Source of the DNA: Oscillospiraceae bacterium
GTDB lineage: Bacteria; Bacillota; Clostridia; Oscillospirales; Ruminococcaceae
Direction: 5' to 3'
Length of the DNA: 64,000 nucleotides
Assembly (NCBI GenBank): GCA_014799395.1
Contig: JAAVID010000003.1
Span: forward strand, 63,105 to 127,104
Part shown: positions 35,963-43,450 of the stretch, one piece after another
How the letters are laid out: every line of letters begins with the position of its first letter
Position numbering within the stretch: the stretch's first letter is position 1
Notes under the pieces: generated by a model
The model's input: the letters and a program-made list of their open reading frames with translations, nothing else
Told to the model about the DNA's origin: nothing
The model's database searches: none
Translations under genes and position numbers: made by a program

Positions 35963-36883
35963 CTATCCTTTATAATTCTTGAAATCAGGGCAGTTGCGGA
36001 ATATCTGCCGCCCGTTGCACCACCGCTGTAACCGCCGTATCTCGCGCGGAGCGGTTTCTTTTTGGTAGATCATCACATACGGATTATATCCAAGATCGCG
36101 CAGAGTGTATATACGATATAAATCCTCTTCGAGAGTGCTGTTGAAATTAGTCAATACATACACAGACCTACTTCGCTGCCCCTTTACCGTCGTAAGTTCC
36201 GCAAACCGTTTGAAATATTCGGTTAGATCATCTCCGGGATTATCCCATGCAAAGTGCAGCACTGGCGTTTTTACAGCGTTCAACAGCTTGATATTGTCGG
36301 GATTAGTTAATCTGATATCAAGCCCCTGCGTGAAGTCGATTTTAGCACTGCTGTCTGCCAGATCATGGAGTAACTGTTCGTGATTTGCACATGCGAGAAT
36401 GTTCGGATCAAGTAGCTTTATCAACCGCTGACCGCGCCAGAATTCCGAAAGCTCTGCGACCTGCCGTGAACAGCGTCCCTCTTTCTTCCCGACAATGCAG
36501 AATTCACACCCACGCGGACAACCCCGTGTCAGAAATCCGACCGCGAAATCATACTCGGGGTACAGATTGTAATCGGGATAAATATGCTCTATCTCTGGCG
36601 GCAACGGTGTATTTAGGCTCTCGTCAAAAATTTCCTTACCGTCCTTTATCGTGATACAGTAGCCCGTTCCGCCGCGACGCAATTCATCTGCGCGGACAGC
36701 GTACTCATTGTCAATATCCGCAGTAAAGCTAAACGTCTTGGACGAGTACACAAGATCGTATTCCTCCATAGGCGAGTACAGTGAAACACAATCGCCAAGC
36801 GATTTATGATATGCCGACAGTTTCATCAACGGTAGCGACGGAAAATTGTGGCAGTCGCTCCATAGACCGATTTTTGTTTGCAT
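35963..36883 (-). CDS. Radical-SAM-like Fe-S protein
   Basis: LTRGCPRGCEFC (CxxxCxxC); NFPSLPLMKLSAYHK N-terminus. Confidence 0.85.
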   Translation of the reverse strand: MQTKIGLWSDCHNFPSLPLMKLSAYHKSLGDCVSLYSPMEEYDLVYSSKTFSFTADIDNEYAVRADELRRGGTGYCITIKDGKEIFDESLNTPLPPEIEHIYPDYNLYPEYDFAVGFLTRGCPRGCEFCIVGKKEGRCSRQVAELSEFWRGQRLIKLLDPNILACANHEQLLHDLADSSAKIDFTQGLDIRLTNPDNIKLLNAVKTPVLHFAWDNPGDDLTEYFKRFAELTTVKGQRSRSVYVLTNFNSTLEEDLYRIYTLRDLGYNPYVMIYQKETAPREIRRLQRWCNGRQIFRNCPDFKNYKG

Positions 36884-36887
36884 TTAC

Positions 36888-36975
36888 TTGACAAATCGCC
36901 TCCTGTATGCTATAATAAAATTGTCTTATTAGGTTTGCCGCTTACCGAGTTCGCTCGGGGCGGCGTTTTTTATTT
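36888..36975 (+). promoter_or_regulatory. Antisense sigmaA promoter + terminator unit C
   Basis: TTGACA-17-TGcTATAAT (36888-36916); hairpin 36940-36968 plus T run. Confidence 0.7.
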
Positions 36976-37652
36976 TGTCCACTGGTTCGCCATTGCCTCG
37001 GCGATACCCGAAAAGGTTTTTGAACGTATTTTTGCAGTTAGAGGGTTATTCCAACCGATAATTTTACCAGTTTCATCTGTTGCATATAAAGCCGCGCCAG
37101 AATAAGCCTTACCACCTGAATATTTTTTATCGGGTACAACGATATTTGTAGGTTGCAATTTCGGCAAGCCTTTCAACCATAAACATGTTTTCTTACTTAC
37201 CTTGTGCCCGTATTCATAAGGCTGAATAATCTGATCCGCCTTTCGGTAATGAGTATTCATATAACCAATAGGGTTTTCAACAGCAATTTTATTACAATCA
37301 GCATTTATGAATTTCATAAAAAATTCCGCTGCTTTGTTGCGTTCTTTAAATCGCTGCAATGCTTTTCGCCGTATTTCTTCACATTAAACCACCTGTTTCC
37401 GCTTACTGTCAGATATGTACACGGCGGGTGCGCTATCAGCAAATCCCATTTTCCGTCGATTTTATGAACCGAGCCGTCCATTGTCGTAAACTCGCAGTTG
37501 CCGTTGATGATCGGCAGAACGTCGCCGAGAATATGCCATTTGGGGTGACCGCCCGACGGCTTCTGAATATCCGCGCTGTACGCCTCGTGACCGCGCTCGC
37601 GCATTGCTTTACACACCGTCTGGCTCTCCTCACATGCTATCAGTATCTTCAC
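36970..37652 (-). pseudogene. C5-cytosine DNA methyltransferase-like gene split by a frameshift
   Basis: ILIACEES and AHPPCTY in 37314-37652; IAVENPI, KKTCLWLKGLP, RSKTF in 36970-37359; shift at A4 run 37363-37366. Confidence 0.8.
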
Positions 37653-38059
37653 TGCTTGTCCTCCTTTAACGGTAATGTAGTCACATCGGGGAGTTCCGCG
37701 GTAACTTTAAGCATTTCCTCCCAATGTTTCCTAGTAAATTCAATCGAGCTTTTACCCGCTCCCGTTCTTCCGTGAGTAATGCGAACAAATCTATCATCAT
37801 CGCGGTCGTCGTCCTCCGTGAAGAATTCCACACCATCAATGATTAAGCGCTTTCCGTGACTGCGTTCACGCCATTTGTTCGTGCCATCGCTGCACGCTTT
37901 GAAGTACTCTGTTTGATAGTCCGCACCCTCTGTATAATCATCGTGTTCAAAATCCATGCACTCGCCACAACCTAATTCAATAGAAGCTCTCGTACAAGCG
38001 CCATTGCGATAATGCACGCATTTTGTCATATCACACTCTACCACTGTCATTATCATCAA
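37649..38059 (-). CDS. Hypothetical Cys-rich protein
   Basis: ORF track. Confidence 0.65.
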   Translation of the reverse strand: MMIMTVVECDMTKCVHYRNGACTRASIELGCGECMDFEHDDYTEGADYQTEYFKACSDGTNKWRERSHGKRLIIDGVEFFTEDDDRDDDRFVRITHGRTGAGKSSIEFTRKHWEEMLKVTAELPDVTTLPLKEDKQ

Positions 38060-38399
38060 CCTCCTCGAAAAATTCTCGCAAGCCGAGGATAACCATTCCG
38101 TCCTTGCAGAATTGCGGATTAGCCAGAATATACGTTATTGTGAACAGCTTGCAAGCTCCCGTATAATAGCCACCCTCAGCCTTGCGCGGCTCAGTGTTAT
38201 TTATAATCGCCGCGAACCTGCGAAACGGAGCAAAGAAATCAGTCATATCTTTCTCAAACTGCTCCTCGGGAATAAACTCGTTGACCGCAAGAATATCGCC
38301 GACCTCGTAAGGACGGTCGTTTTTGCGTACCTCAAAGGTTTTATCTCCTGCCGCCAGAGCGCTGTAATATTCGGGATATGCTTTAACTGCGTGAACCAT
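38031..38399 (-). CDS. DUF3850/ASCH-like protein
   Basis: HAVKAYPEYY..GDKTFEVRKNDRPYEVGD. Confidence 0.85.
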   Translation of the reverse strand: MVHAVKAYPEYYSALAAGDKTFEVRKNDRPYEVGDILAVNEFIPEEQFEKDMTDFFAPFRRFAAIINNTEPRKAEGGYYTGACKLFTITYILANPQFCKDGMVILGLREFFEEVDDNDSGRV

Positions 38400-38811
38400 T
38401 GTCGTCAGCTCCTTTCAGCAGCTCGGGATTATCATGGATATTGCCGATTATTTCGCATTCAGCGTTAAATACATCGGTACCGAATATATAGCTGTATACT
38501 CCGTCATTAACAACAAACGCTCCACTGTATCTGTCATATTCAACAAAACCGACAATGGTTTCCGAGCCATATTTGAACTTTATAATATCTTCTTCAAAAG
38601 AGAGTATATCATTCTTGTCGAGAAATCCTGTACATTCGCCGAGGGTTGAGGGGTCTACCCAATAACTTTCGTAGTCGCGTTCAACATAAACTTGTGCAGA
38701 ATTCAAATCGTCAACACCTTTGCCAGAACGATACGAAAGAAGTCCTGTCACCCAACCTTCGCCACTAATGCGCTTCCCACGCCAAAGCCCGCGCATATCA
38801 TTCATTGACAT
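38383..38811 (-). CDS. YopX family protein
   Basis: WRGKR..GWVTG..VDPSTLGECTG..DKND..EEDI..IGNIHDNPELL. Confidence 0.9.
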   Translation of the reverse strand: MSMNDMRGLWRGKRISGEGWVTGLLSYRSGKGVDDLNSAQVYVERDYESYWVDPSTLGECTGFLDKNDILSFEEDIIKFKYGSETIVGFVEYDRYSGAFVVNDGVYSYIFGTDVFNAECEIIGNIHDNPELLKGADDNGSRS

Positions 38812-39052
38812 CTTCGTCCACCTCGCTTTCGTCCTCGAATTCCAGATTTCGCCCCATAATCGTTCCGATCAGCATTAGGATAATACCTACAACGCCCTTT
38901 CCCAGCGCGAACCACAGTTCCTCGATTCCGTATGTAATACGCTGCTCGTTCAGATAGTCAAGGCGACCCATAGAGCATAATAACACTAAAATGCCAAACC
39001 AGAACAGAACGTTCGTGATGATAAGCCGACGCTTGGTTTGTTTTTCCGTCAT
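38798..39052 (-). CDS. Two-TM membrane protein
   Basis: Two hydrophobic segments. Confidence 0.7.
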   Translation of the reverse strand: MTEKQTKRRLIITNVLFWFGILVLLCSMGRLDYLNEQRITYGIEELWFALGKGVVGIILMLIGTIMGRNLEFEDESEVDEDVNE

Positions 39053-39720
39053 GGCTTTTCCTCCGCGCAATAATAGGATTTAAGCATTTTTATAATCTCT
39101 CCGCCGAATGCGTTCTCGGTCAATTTGATGAATTCCTCGACCGTCATACCGGAATCAAGATCAACGTCGTGTTCCTTTGCAAACTGGCTTCGACCCATTT
39201 CACATGAACCCGTGAGTTTGTTGTGCCAATCATAAAACAGCCTATTGGAATAGACCGTATTGGGCTTGAATTCCTCACAAAACACTTTGATACGCTCCTC
39301 AACGGGCATATCTGCGAAAAGCTTGTCGTTAAGCGCTGCCATGGCCTCGCGAAGCGTTTCGCCATGTGCAAAAGTATTACCGCGCTTGACTACATAACAT
39401 GGTGTGAGTGTCAAATCATCGTTTACGATCGCGCCTTTGGCACAATCCTTATGAACGCTATATATAATGGTTGCGACTCCATCTATATTATGTATCTTAT
39501 GTGAATTTAAAACAGCGCCGAATAAGGAGCCGGAGCCGTAGCCGTAGCCGTAGCCGTCGCCGGAGCCGTAGCCGTAGCCGGAGCCGTAGCCGTCGCCGGA
39601 GCCGTCGCCGGAGCCGGAGCCGTAGCCGGAGCCGGAGCCGGAGCCGTCGCCGGAGCCGGAGCCGTAGCCGTAGCCGGAGCCGGAGCAAACCTCGACAAAC
39701 TTTCGAATCATCTCTTCCAT
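39049..39720 (-). CDS. G-[S/Y/D] dipeptide-repeat protein with globular C-domain
   Basis: 26 G-x pairs then IDG..CYVVK..FAHGET..HNKLTGSCEMGR. Confidence 0.85.
   Translation of the reverse strand: MEEMIRKFVEVCSGSGYGYGSGSGDGSGSGSGYGSGSGDGSGDGYGSGYGYGSGDGYGYGYGSGSLFGAVLNSHKIHNIDGVATIIYSVHKDCAKGAIVNDDLTLTPCYVVKRGNTFAHGETLREAMAALNDKLFADMPVEERIKVFCEEFKPNTVYSNRLFYDWHNKLTGSCEMGRSQFAKEHDVDLDSGMTVEEFIKLTENAFGGEIIKMLKSYYCAEEKP
39527..39686. repeat. 6-nt tandem repeat array (GCCGTA/GCCGGA/GCCGTC)
   Basis: Directly visible. Confidence 0.95.
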
Positions 39721-40007
39721 ACTTTCACACCCTCAATAACATTGCGCGCTTTATCCGTTGCAGGAATGAGCTCGATAACGTCAAAAAGTCCCAAAGTCTC
39801 AACGGGCATAGTAAATTTGCAATTATTTGGTGCTACGGTTCCGTCAACCGCTATCTGAGATATCGAAGCCGCACCGTCCCACCACCAAAGGCGGCGAACA
39901 TCTTTCAGAATAACCGCCTGACCTTCGTGCTCTGCGACCGTGCCCGCAAAAACTCCGGCGCGATTAGACCTTACCACACAATACTTGTCCACAAAACTGA
40001 AATTCAT
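39708..40007 (-). CDS. DUF6948-like protein
   Basis: VVRSNRAGVFAG..RRLWWWDGAASISQIAVDG. Confidence 0.8.
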   Translation of the reverse strand: MNFSFVDKYCVVRSNRAGVFAGTVAEHEGQAVILKDVRRLWWWDGAASISQIAVDGTVAPNNCKFTMPVETLGLFDVIELIPATDKARNVIEGVKVWKR

Positions 40008-40041
40008 AATTTCCTCACTTTCCTTGCTTTCGCAAAACAAT

Positions 40042-40197
40042 TTATTGTTGATTTTCGCCCTTGTGGTCGGTGACGAGCCACGAGAGCGATACCTTGAACA
40101 CGTTCGCTACCATTGCCAATTCGGAGAACGTCCACAGTCTTGGATTTCGCTTGCGGCGGTTGTAGCAATCGCGTTTCATTCCGAGCTTGTCCGCCCT
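40042..40197 (-). pseudogene. N-terminally truncated XRE-type HTH gene
   Basis: ADKLGMKRDCYNRRKRNPRLWTFSELAMVANVFKVSLSWL with in-frame stops immediately upstream. Confidence 0.55.
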
Positions 40198-40215
40198 TTA
40201 AACTTCCTATTCAAA

Positions 40216-40413
40216 TTACTTCACGCCCCGAACCGCTTTTCGCGCCTCGTCCTCAGCCCATATTCTAGCAATATTATCCAGATGTTTCCGAATTTTTGCG
40301 GGATCGTGTTCAACGTAATTATCCGCTATATAACCTATAACTCGTCCGTTCTCATCGTAACAAGTCTGTACTATGTGCGGTTCATCAAGCGGCTTAATTC
40401 CTCTTTTTGCCAA
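40216..40413 (-). CDS. Small hypothetical protein
   Basis: GGAGG RBS, TTG start. Confidence 0.65.
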   Translation of the reverse strand: MAKRGIKPLDEPHIVQTCYDENGRVIGYIADNYVEHDPAKIRKHLDNIARIWAEDEARKAVRGVK

Positions 40414-40479
40414 ACGATCACCTCCCGATTCATTCTATGCAAAGACGGATTGTACAGTTTCCGCCGTCAGCATCATAGT

Positions 40480-40761
40480 CTACGCGTAGCCGCAGGTCGT
40501 TCCGATCTGCTCCCAGTAGTCGCCGTGGTTTCCGTATTTGTAGATCTCGCCGTGATGTGGTGTCTCCGCGATAACCGTTACCGTGCCCCACTCTTTGCAC
40601 ACCTTGACCTTGCTCAACGGCAGATCGCTGCCAATGTAGGTGTCTACCTTTTTGTCGCGGATAACCTTTATGAAGTCGCTAAGTATGACCTCGCGCGGGT
40701 TTTCTATCTTTTTGGGGAATGTTTCATTCATTAGGGTGTCCTCACTTTCCTTGCTTTTCAC
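40480..40761 (-). CDS. Hypothetical protein
   Basis: ORF track; start possibly 40731. Confidence 0.65.
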   Translation of the reverse strand: MKSKESEDTLMNETFPKKIENPREVILSDFIKVIRDKKVDTYIGSDLPLSKVKVCKEWGTVTVIAETPHHGEIYKYGNHGDYWEQIGTTCGYA

Positions 40762-40788
40762 CGACCTATGCGGTATAATAGTCGGCGT

Positions 40789-41113
40789 TTATAATACTTC
40801 CGTAAGAATGCGGAAATCCACGAAAGAGTTTTTGTCAATAGTAATTTCCACAGGTTTTCCAACAAGTTCGGAAACATAATTGACCTTTGCCGCTTTTAAA
40901 ATCTCCGCTACCTTTTCAACGGTAGATGTGATAGTTCCTTCACGACTATGTTCATTCCATTTACATGCGCTGGATATGTTAACGGTGTATTTCCCCCCGT
41001 CCATTACTCCAGAGCCGCTCATAGAAAAGCCCAACTGAATACCGATTAAGAAAGGATGGTCCTTAACAGTGCCGTACTCTGCAAAGTCGATTTTTCCTAA
41101 AACTTTTTCCATT
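40789..41113 (-). CDS. Hypothetical protein (MEKVLGKIDFAEYG...)
   Basis: GAGGTG RBS within repeat copy. Confidence 0.7.
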
Positions 41114-41222
41114 GGTCTCACCTCGCTTTCGTTTTGGGTTCAGCCGCTCGGGGGCGGTTAGGCTTTTCGTCTTGTATTTCACCGACCTTTGTGCTATAAT
41201 GAAAGCGAAAGGGGGTGAGTTT

Positions 41223-41405
41223 ATGGAAAAATCCTATTGTCCGTTAGTGGGCGGTGCCTGCCGCAAAGACTGTATGTTCCGCCTTTCCAATTCGGACGCG
41301 CTGGAGCTTAACAAGAAATGTCAGCTCTTTAAGGTCGTTGAGAATGTCGAGTATCTCATTGACCATGATATGCTTACAGATTGTCGTCAACATAGCGATC
41401 AATAA
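41223..41405 (+). CDS. Small Cys-containing moron protein (60 aa) with own promoter
   Basis: TTGTAT-17-TGcTATAAT at 41172-41200; GGGGGTG RBS. Confidence 0.75.
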   Translation: MEKSYCPLVGGACRKDCMFRLSNSDALELNKKCQLFKVVENVEYLIDHDMLTDCRQHSDQ

Positions 41406-41553
41406 TCTTTAATGCCTCATCGTATGCCACCGTCGTCGCGTGTAAAACGGTTGTTTCCAAATCCCTTATCAGCCACTTCACATCTTCAGCGGTGGCATTG
41501 TATTTTTTAAGAACCTGCAATATTTCTGTCACCGCTTTAATTCTGTCAGTCAC
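41374..41553 (-). CDS. Small hypothetical protein (59 aa, GTG start)
   Basis: GAGGTG RBS in repeat; overlaps the + strand gene tail-to-tail by 32 nt. Confidence 0.65.
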   Translation of the reverse strand: MTDRIKAVTEILQVLKKYNATAEDVKWLIRDLETTVLHATTVAYDEALKIIDRYVDDNL

Positions 41554-41597
41554 GCTCTCACCTCGCTTTCGTTTTGGGTTCAGCCGCTCGGGGGCGG

Positions 41598-41816
41598 TTA
41601 GGCGGTTGCGGGTTCGCTCTTGGTGAAGAGGTAGATGAAATCCATCTCGGGGAAAAGATTGATTTTTATGTTCATAGCCTGTTCAACCGTGAACCCACAC
41701 TCCGAGCGCCCATTGATCTTCGATCTGAATGTCGGCTCGGGTATTCCCGTCGCGGCTGCCGCCGCAGTTACCGATATTCCTTTTCTTTTCAGTTCCCTGC
41801 TAAGATTTTCGTACAT
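41598..41816 (-). CDS. Cro-like HTH regulator
   Basis: MYENLSRELKRKGIS..AAATGIPEPTFRSKING..FTVEQAMNI. Confidence 0.88.
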   Translation of the reverse strand: MYENLSRELKRKGISVTAAAAATGIPEPTFRSKINGRSECGFTVEQAMNIKINLFPEMDFIYLFTKSEPATA

Positions 41817-42060
41817 TCTAACACTTCCTTTCTTAAATTGTGTCCGCATTTGCGGACTTTGTACATTCATTATATCCCATTTTGCGTACATTGTCAAGTG
41901 GTTTTGTACAAATTTGCGTACTTTCTCCATTTTGTACATAAATGCGTTGATTTTTTGTACATTTGTACAGTTTTGCGTACATTTCTTATATAACGCGCGG
42001 AAATGTATTGACATTCGGATTTTTATATGGTATAATCATAAATAGTAAGGGGGTATTTAA
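41817..42060. promoter_or_regulatory. Lysis/lysogeny switch with divergent promoters and operators
   Basis: Repeated TGTAC..TGCGTAC half-palindromes; TTGACA..TATAAT toward cI at ~42008-42036. Confidence 0.8.
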
Positions 42061-42429
42061 TTGGGCTTTGGAAAGAAACTAGAGGAAAAAATGTCCGCAA
42101 AAGGCTTGAAACAAGCCGATATAGTCAGAGCGACGGGCATTTCAAAAACAACGTTAAGCAGCATGATCAGCCGAGATAATACAAAGGTTGATGTAGAAAT
42201 GTTTATCCGTATCTGCGATTTGCTTGAATGCGATCCTATGGATTTTGCAAGTGAAGTCCGACAAACGGCTAAAGAACCGGCTATGTATACCGCCGACCAA
42301 GAATATGTGATAGAAACTATGAATGAACTGAATGAGGACGGTATGAAAGAGCTGGTCAACTACTGCGAATTTCTGCGAATGAAAGGGTGCTTTAAAAAAG
42401 TGCCCGATAAGAATGCTTCCGAGGCGTAA
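42061..42429 (+). CDS. CI-like XRE repressor without peptidase domain
   Basis: LKQADIVRATGISKTTLSSMI HTH; divergent from cro; 122 aa. Confidence 0.88.
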   Translation: MGFGKKLEEKMSAKGLKQADIVRATGISKTTLSSMISRDNTKVDVEMFIRICDLLECDPMDFASEVRQTAKEPAMYTADQEYVIETMNELNEDGMKELVNYCEFLRMKGCFKKVPDKNASEA

Positions 42430-42481
42430 ATAAAAAAGCCGCTCCAAGGAGCGGCAAATAACATCTGAGGAGAACGACAAA

Positions 42482-43396
42482 ATGAACAAATCGAAAAAAG
42501 CACTTTTGGCGGCGCTGTTTTGCGCTGCGGTTTTAAGCGGTTGTACGCCTGGGGAAACTTCGGGCTCAAATATAAGCACAAGCTCCGATAACTCAACATC
42601 TTCAAGTTCCGAGCAGTCATCAAGCACAAAATCCGAGGAAAGCTCAACGGACAGCGAACCAGCTCCCGAAAGCTCCGTCCCCGTTAAAGAGGCAAATATA
42701 AAAGTCGCGTCCTGGAAACTGTCAACGGATTACAGCGGCAAGGACGTGCTCGTTATTGAATACGAATGGACGAACACTAAGGACGATACCGCGAACTTTA
42801 TGACAACGTTCATTGATAAGGTCTACCAGAACGGTGTCGAGTGCGACAGTGGCGTTATAGGCTGTGATGATGTTGACTCCCAAAAGCAGATGAACGACAT
42901 CAAGCCCGGAGTTACTTACAATGTAGCGGTCGGTTATCTGCTCCAGGATAAAACCAATGTGAATGTTGTTGTAAATGAATTCCTCGGCGACGAGCTGTTG
43001 AACGAGACTATCGAGCTTGGCGGCGGCGAGGGTGCGGCTCCCGGCGGAGAGATCGCCGAGACTTCGATCAAGATCGCAAACCATTCGATTTCAAAGGATT
43101 TTGAGGGTGCCGACGTGCTTGTTGTAAATTACGAGTTCTACAACGGCGAGGACAGCGCAAAAGGGTTCAGCTTTATGTTTACCGATAAGGCGTTCCAGAA
43201 CGGCGTAGAATGCGACAGCACGGTCATAGGCTGTGATGAAGTCGACGTTCAGACGCAGCTCAACGAGATACAACCCGGGGTAACGTATACGGTGTCCGTC
43301 GGGTATCACATTGAGGATATGTCCGAGGTGGAGATCGAGGTAAAGGATTTGTTCGGTACTAAGGATTATCTGAACGAGAAGATTTCTCTTTCGTAA
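42482..43396 (+). CDS. Lipoprotein with two DUF5067-like domains
   Basis: Lipobox LSGC, Ser-rich linker, duplicated (Y/F)QNGVECD..IKPGVTY.V.VGY. Confidence 0.8.
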   Translation: MNKSKKALLAALFCAAVLSGCTPGETSGSNISTSSDNSTSSSSEQSSSTKSEESSTDSEPAPESSVPVKEANIKVASWKLSTDYSGKDVLVIEYEWTNTKDDTANFMTTFIDKVYQNGVECDSGVIGCDDVDSQKQMNDIKPGVTYNVAVGYLLQDKTNVNVVVNEFLGDELLNETIELGGGEGAAPGGEIAETSIKIANHSISKDFEGADVLVVNYEFYNGEDSAKGFSFMFTDKAFQNGVECDSTVIGCDEVDVQTQLNEIQPGVTYTVSVGYHIEDMSEVEIEVKDLFGTKDYLNEKISLS

Positions 43397-43401
43397 ACAA
43401 T

Positions 43402-43431
43402 AAGCGGCTGTTCGTTATCAAAACAGCCGCT
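43402..43431 (+). terminator. Hairpin terminator after lipoprotein gene
   Basis: agcggctgtt..aacagccgct. Confidence 0.6.
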
Positions 43432-43433
43432 CT

Positions 43434-43449
43434 TTGCAATTGATTGCAA
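43434..43449. promoter_or_regulatory. Palindrome copy 5, abutting ATG of TM2-HIRAN gene
   Basis: TTGCAATTGATTGCAA ends 2 nt before the 43451 start. Confidence 0.7.
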
Positions 43450-43450
43450 A

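Larger units (their letters stand above)
41116..41603. repeat. 48-bp perfect direct repeat (41116-41163 and 41556-41603)
   Basis: tctcacctcgctttcgttttgggttcagccgctcgggggcggttaggc twice, 440 bp apart. Confidence 0.95.

Noticed and set aside
35949-35975. Sixth antisense promoter TTGACA..TATAAT
   Set aside because: Spacer is only 15 nt and no downstream hairpin; at most a relic.
39527-39686. Possible CRISPR array
   Set aside because: Contiguous 6-nt units with no spacers; no cas genes in the window.
39471-40073. RS-repeat, LR-repeat and AP-repeat ORFs
   Set aside because: Alternative frames of the 6-nt microsatellite; only the G-x frame has an RBS and a globular domain.
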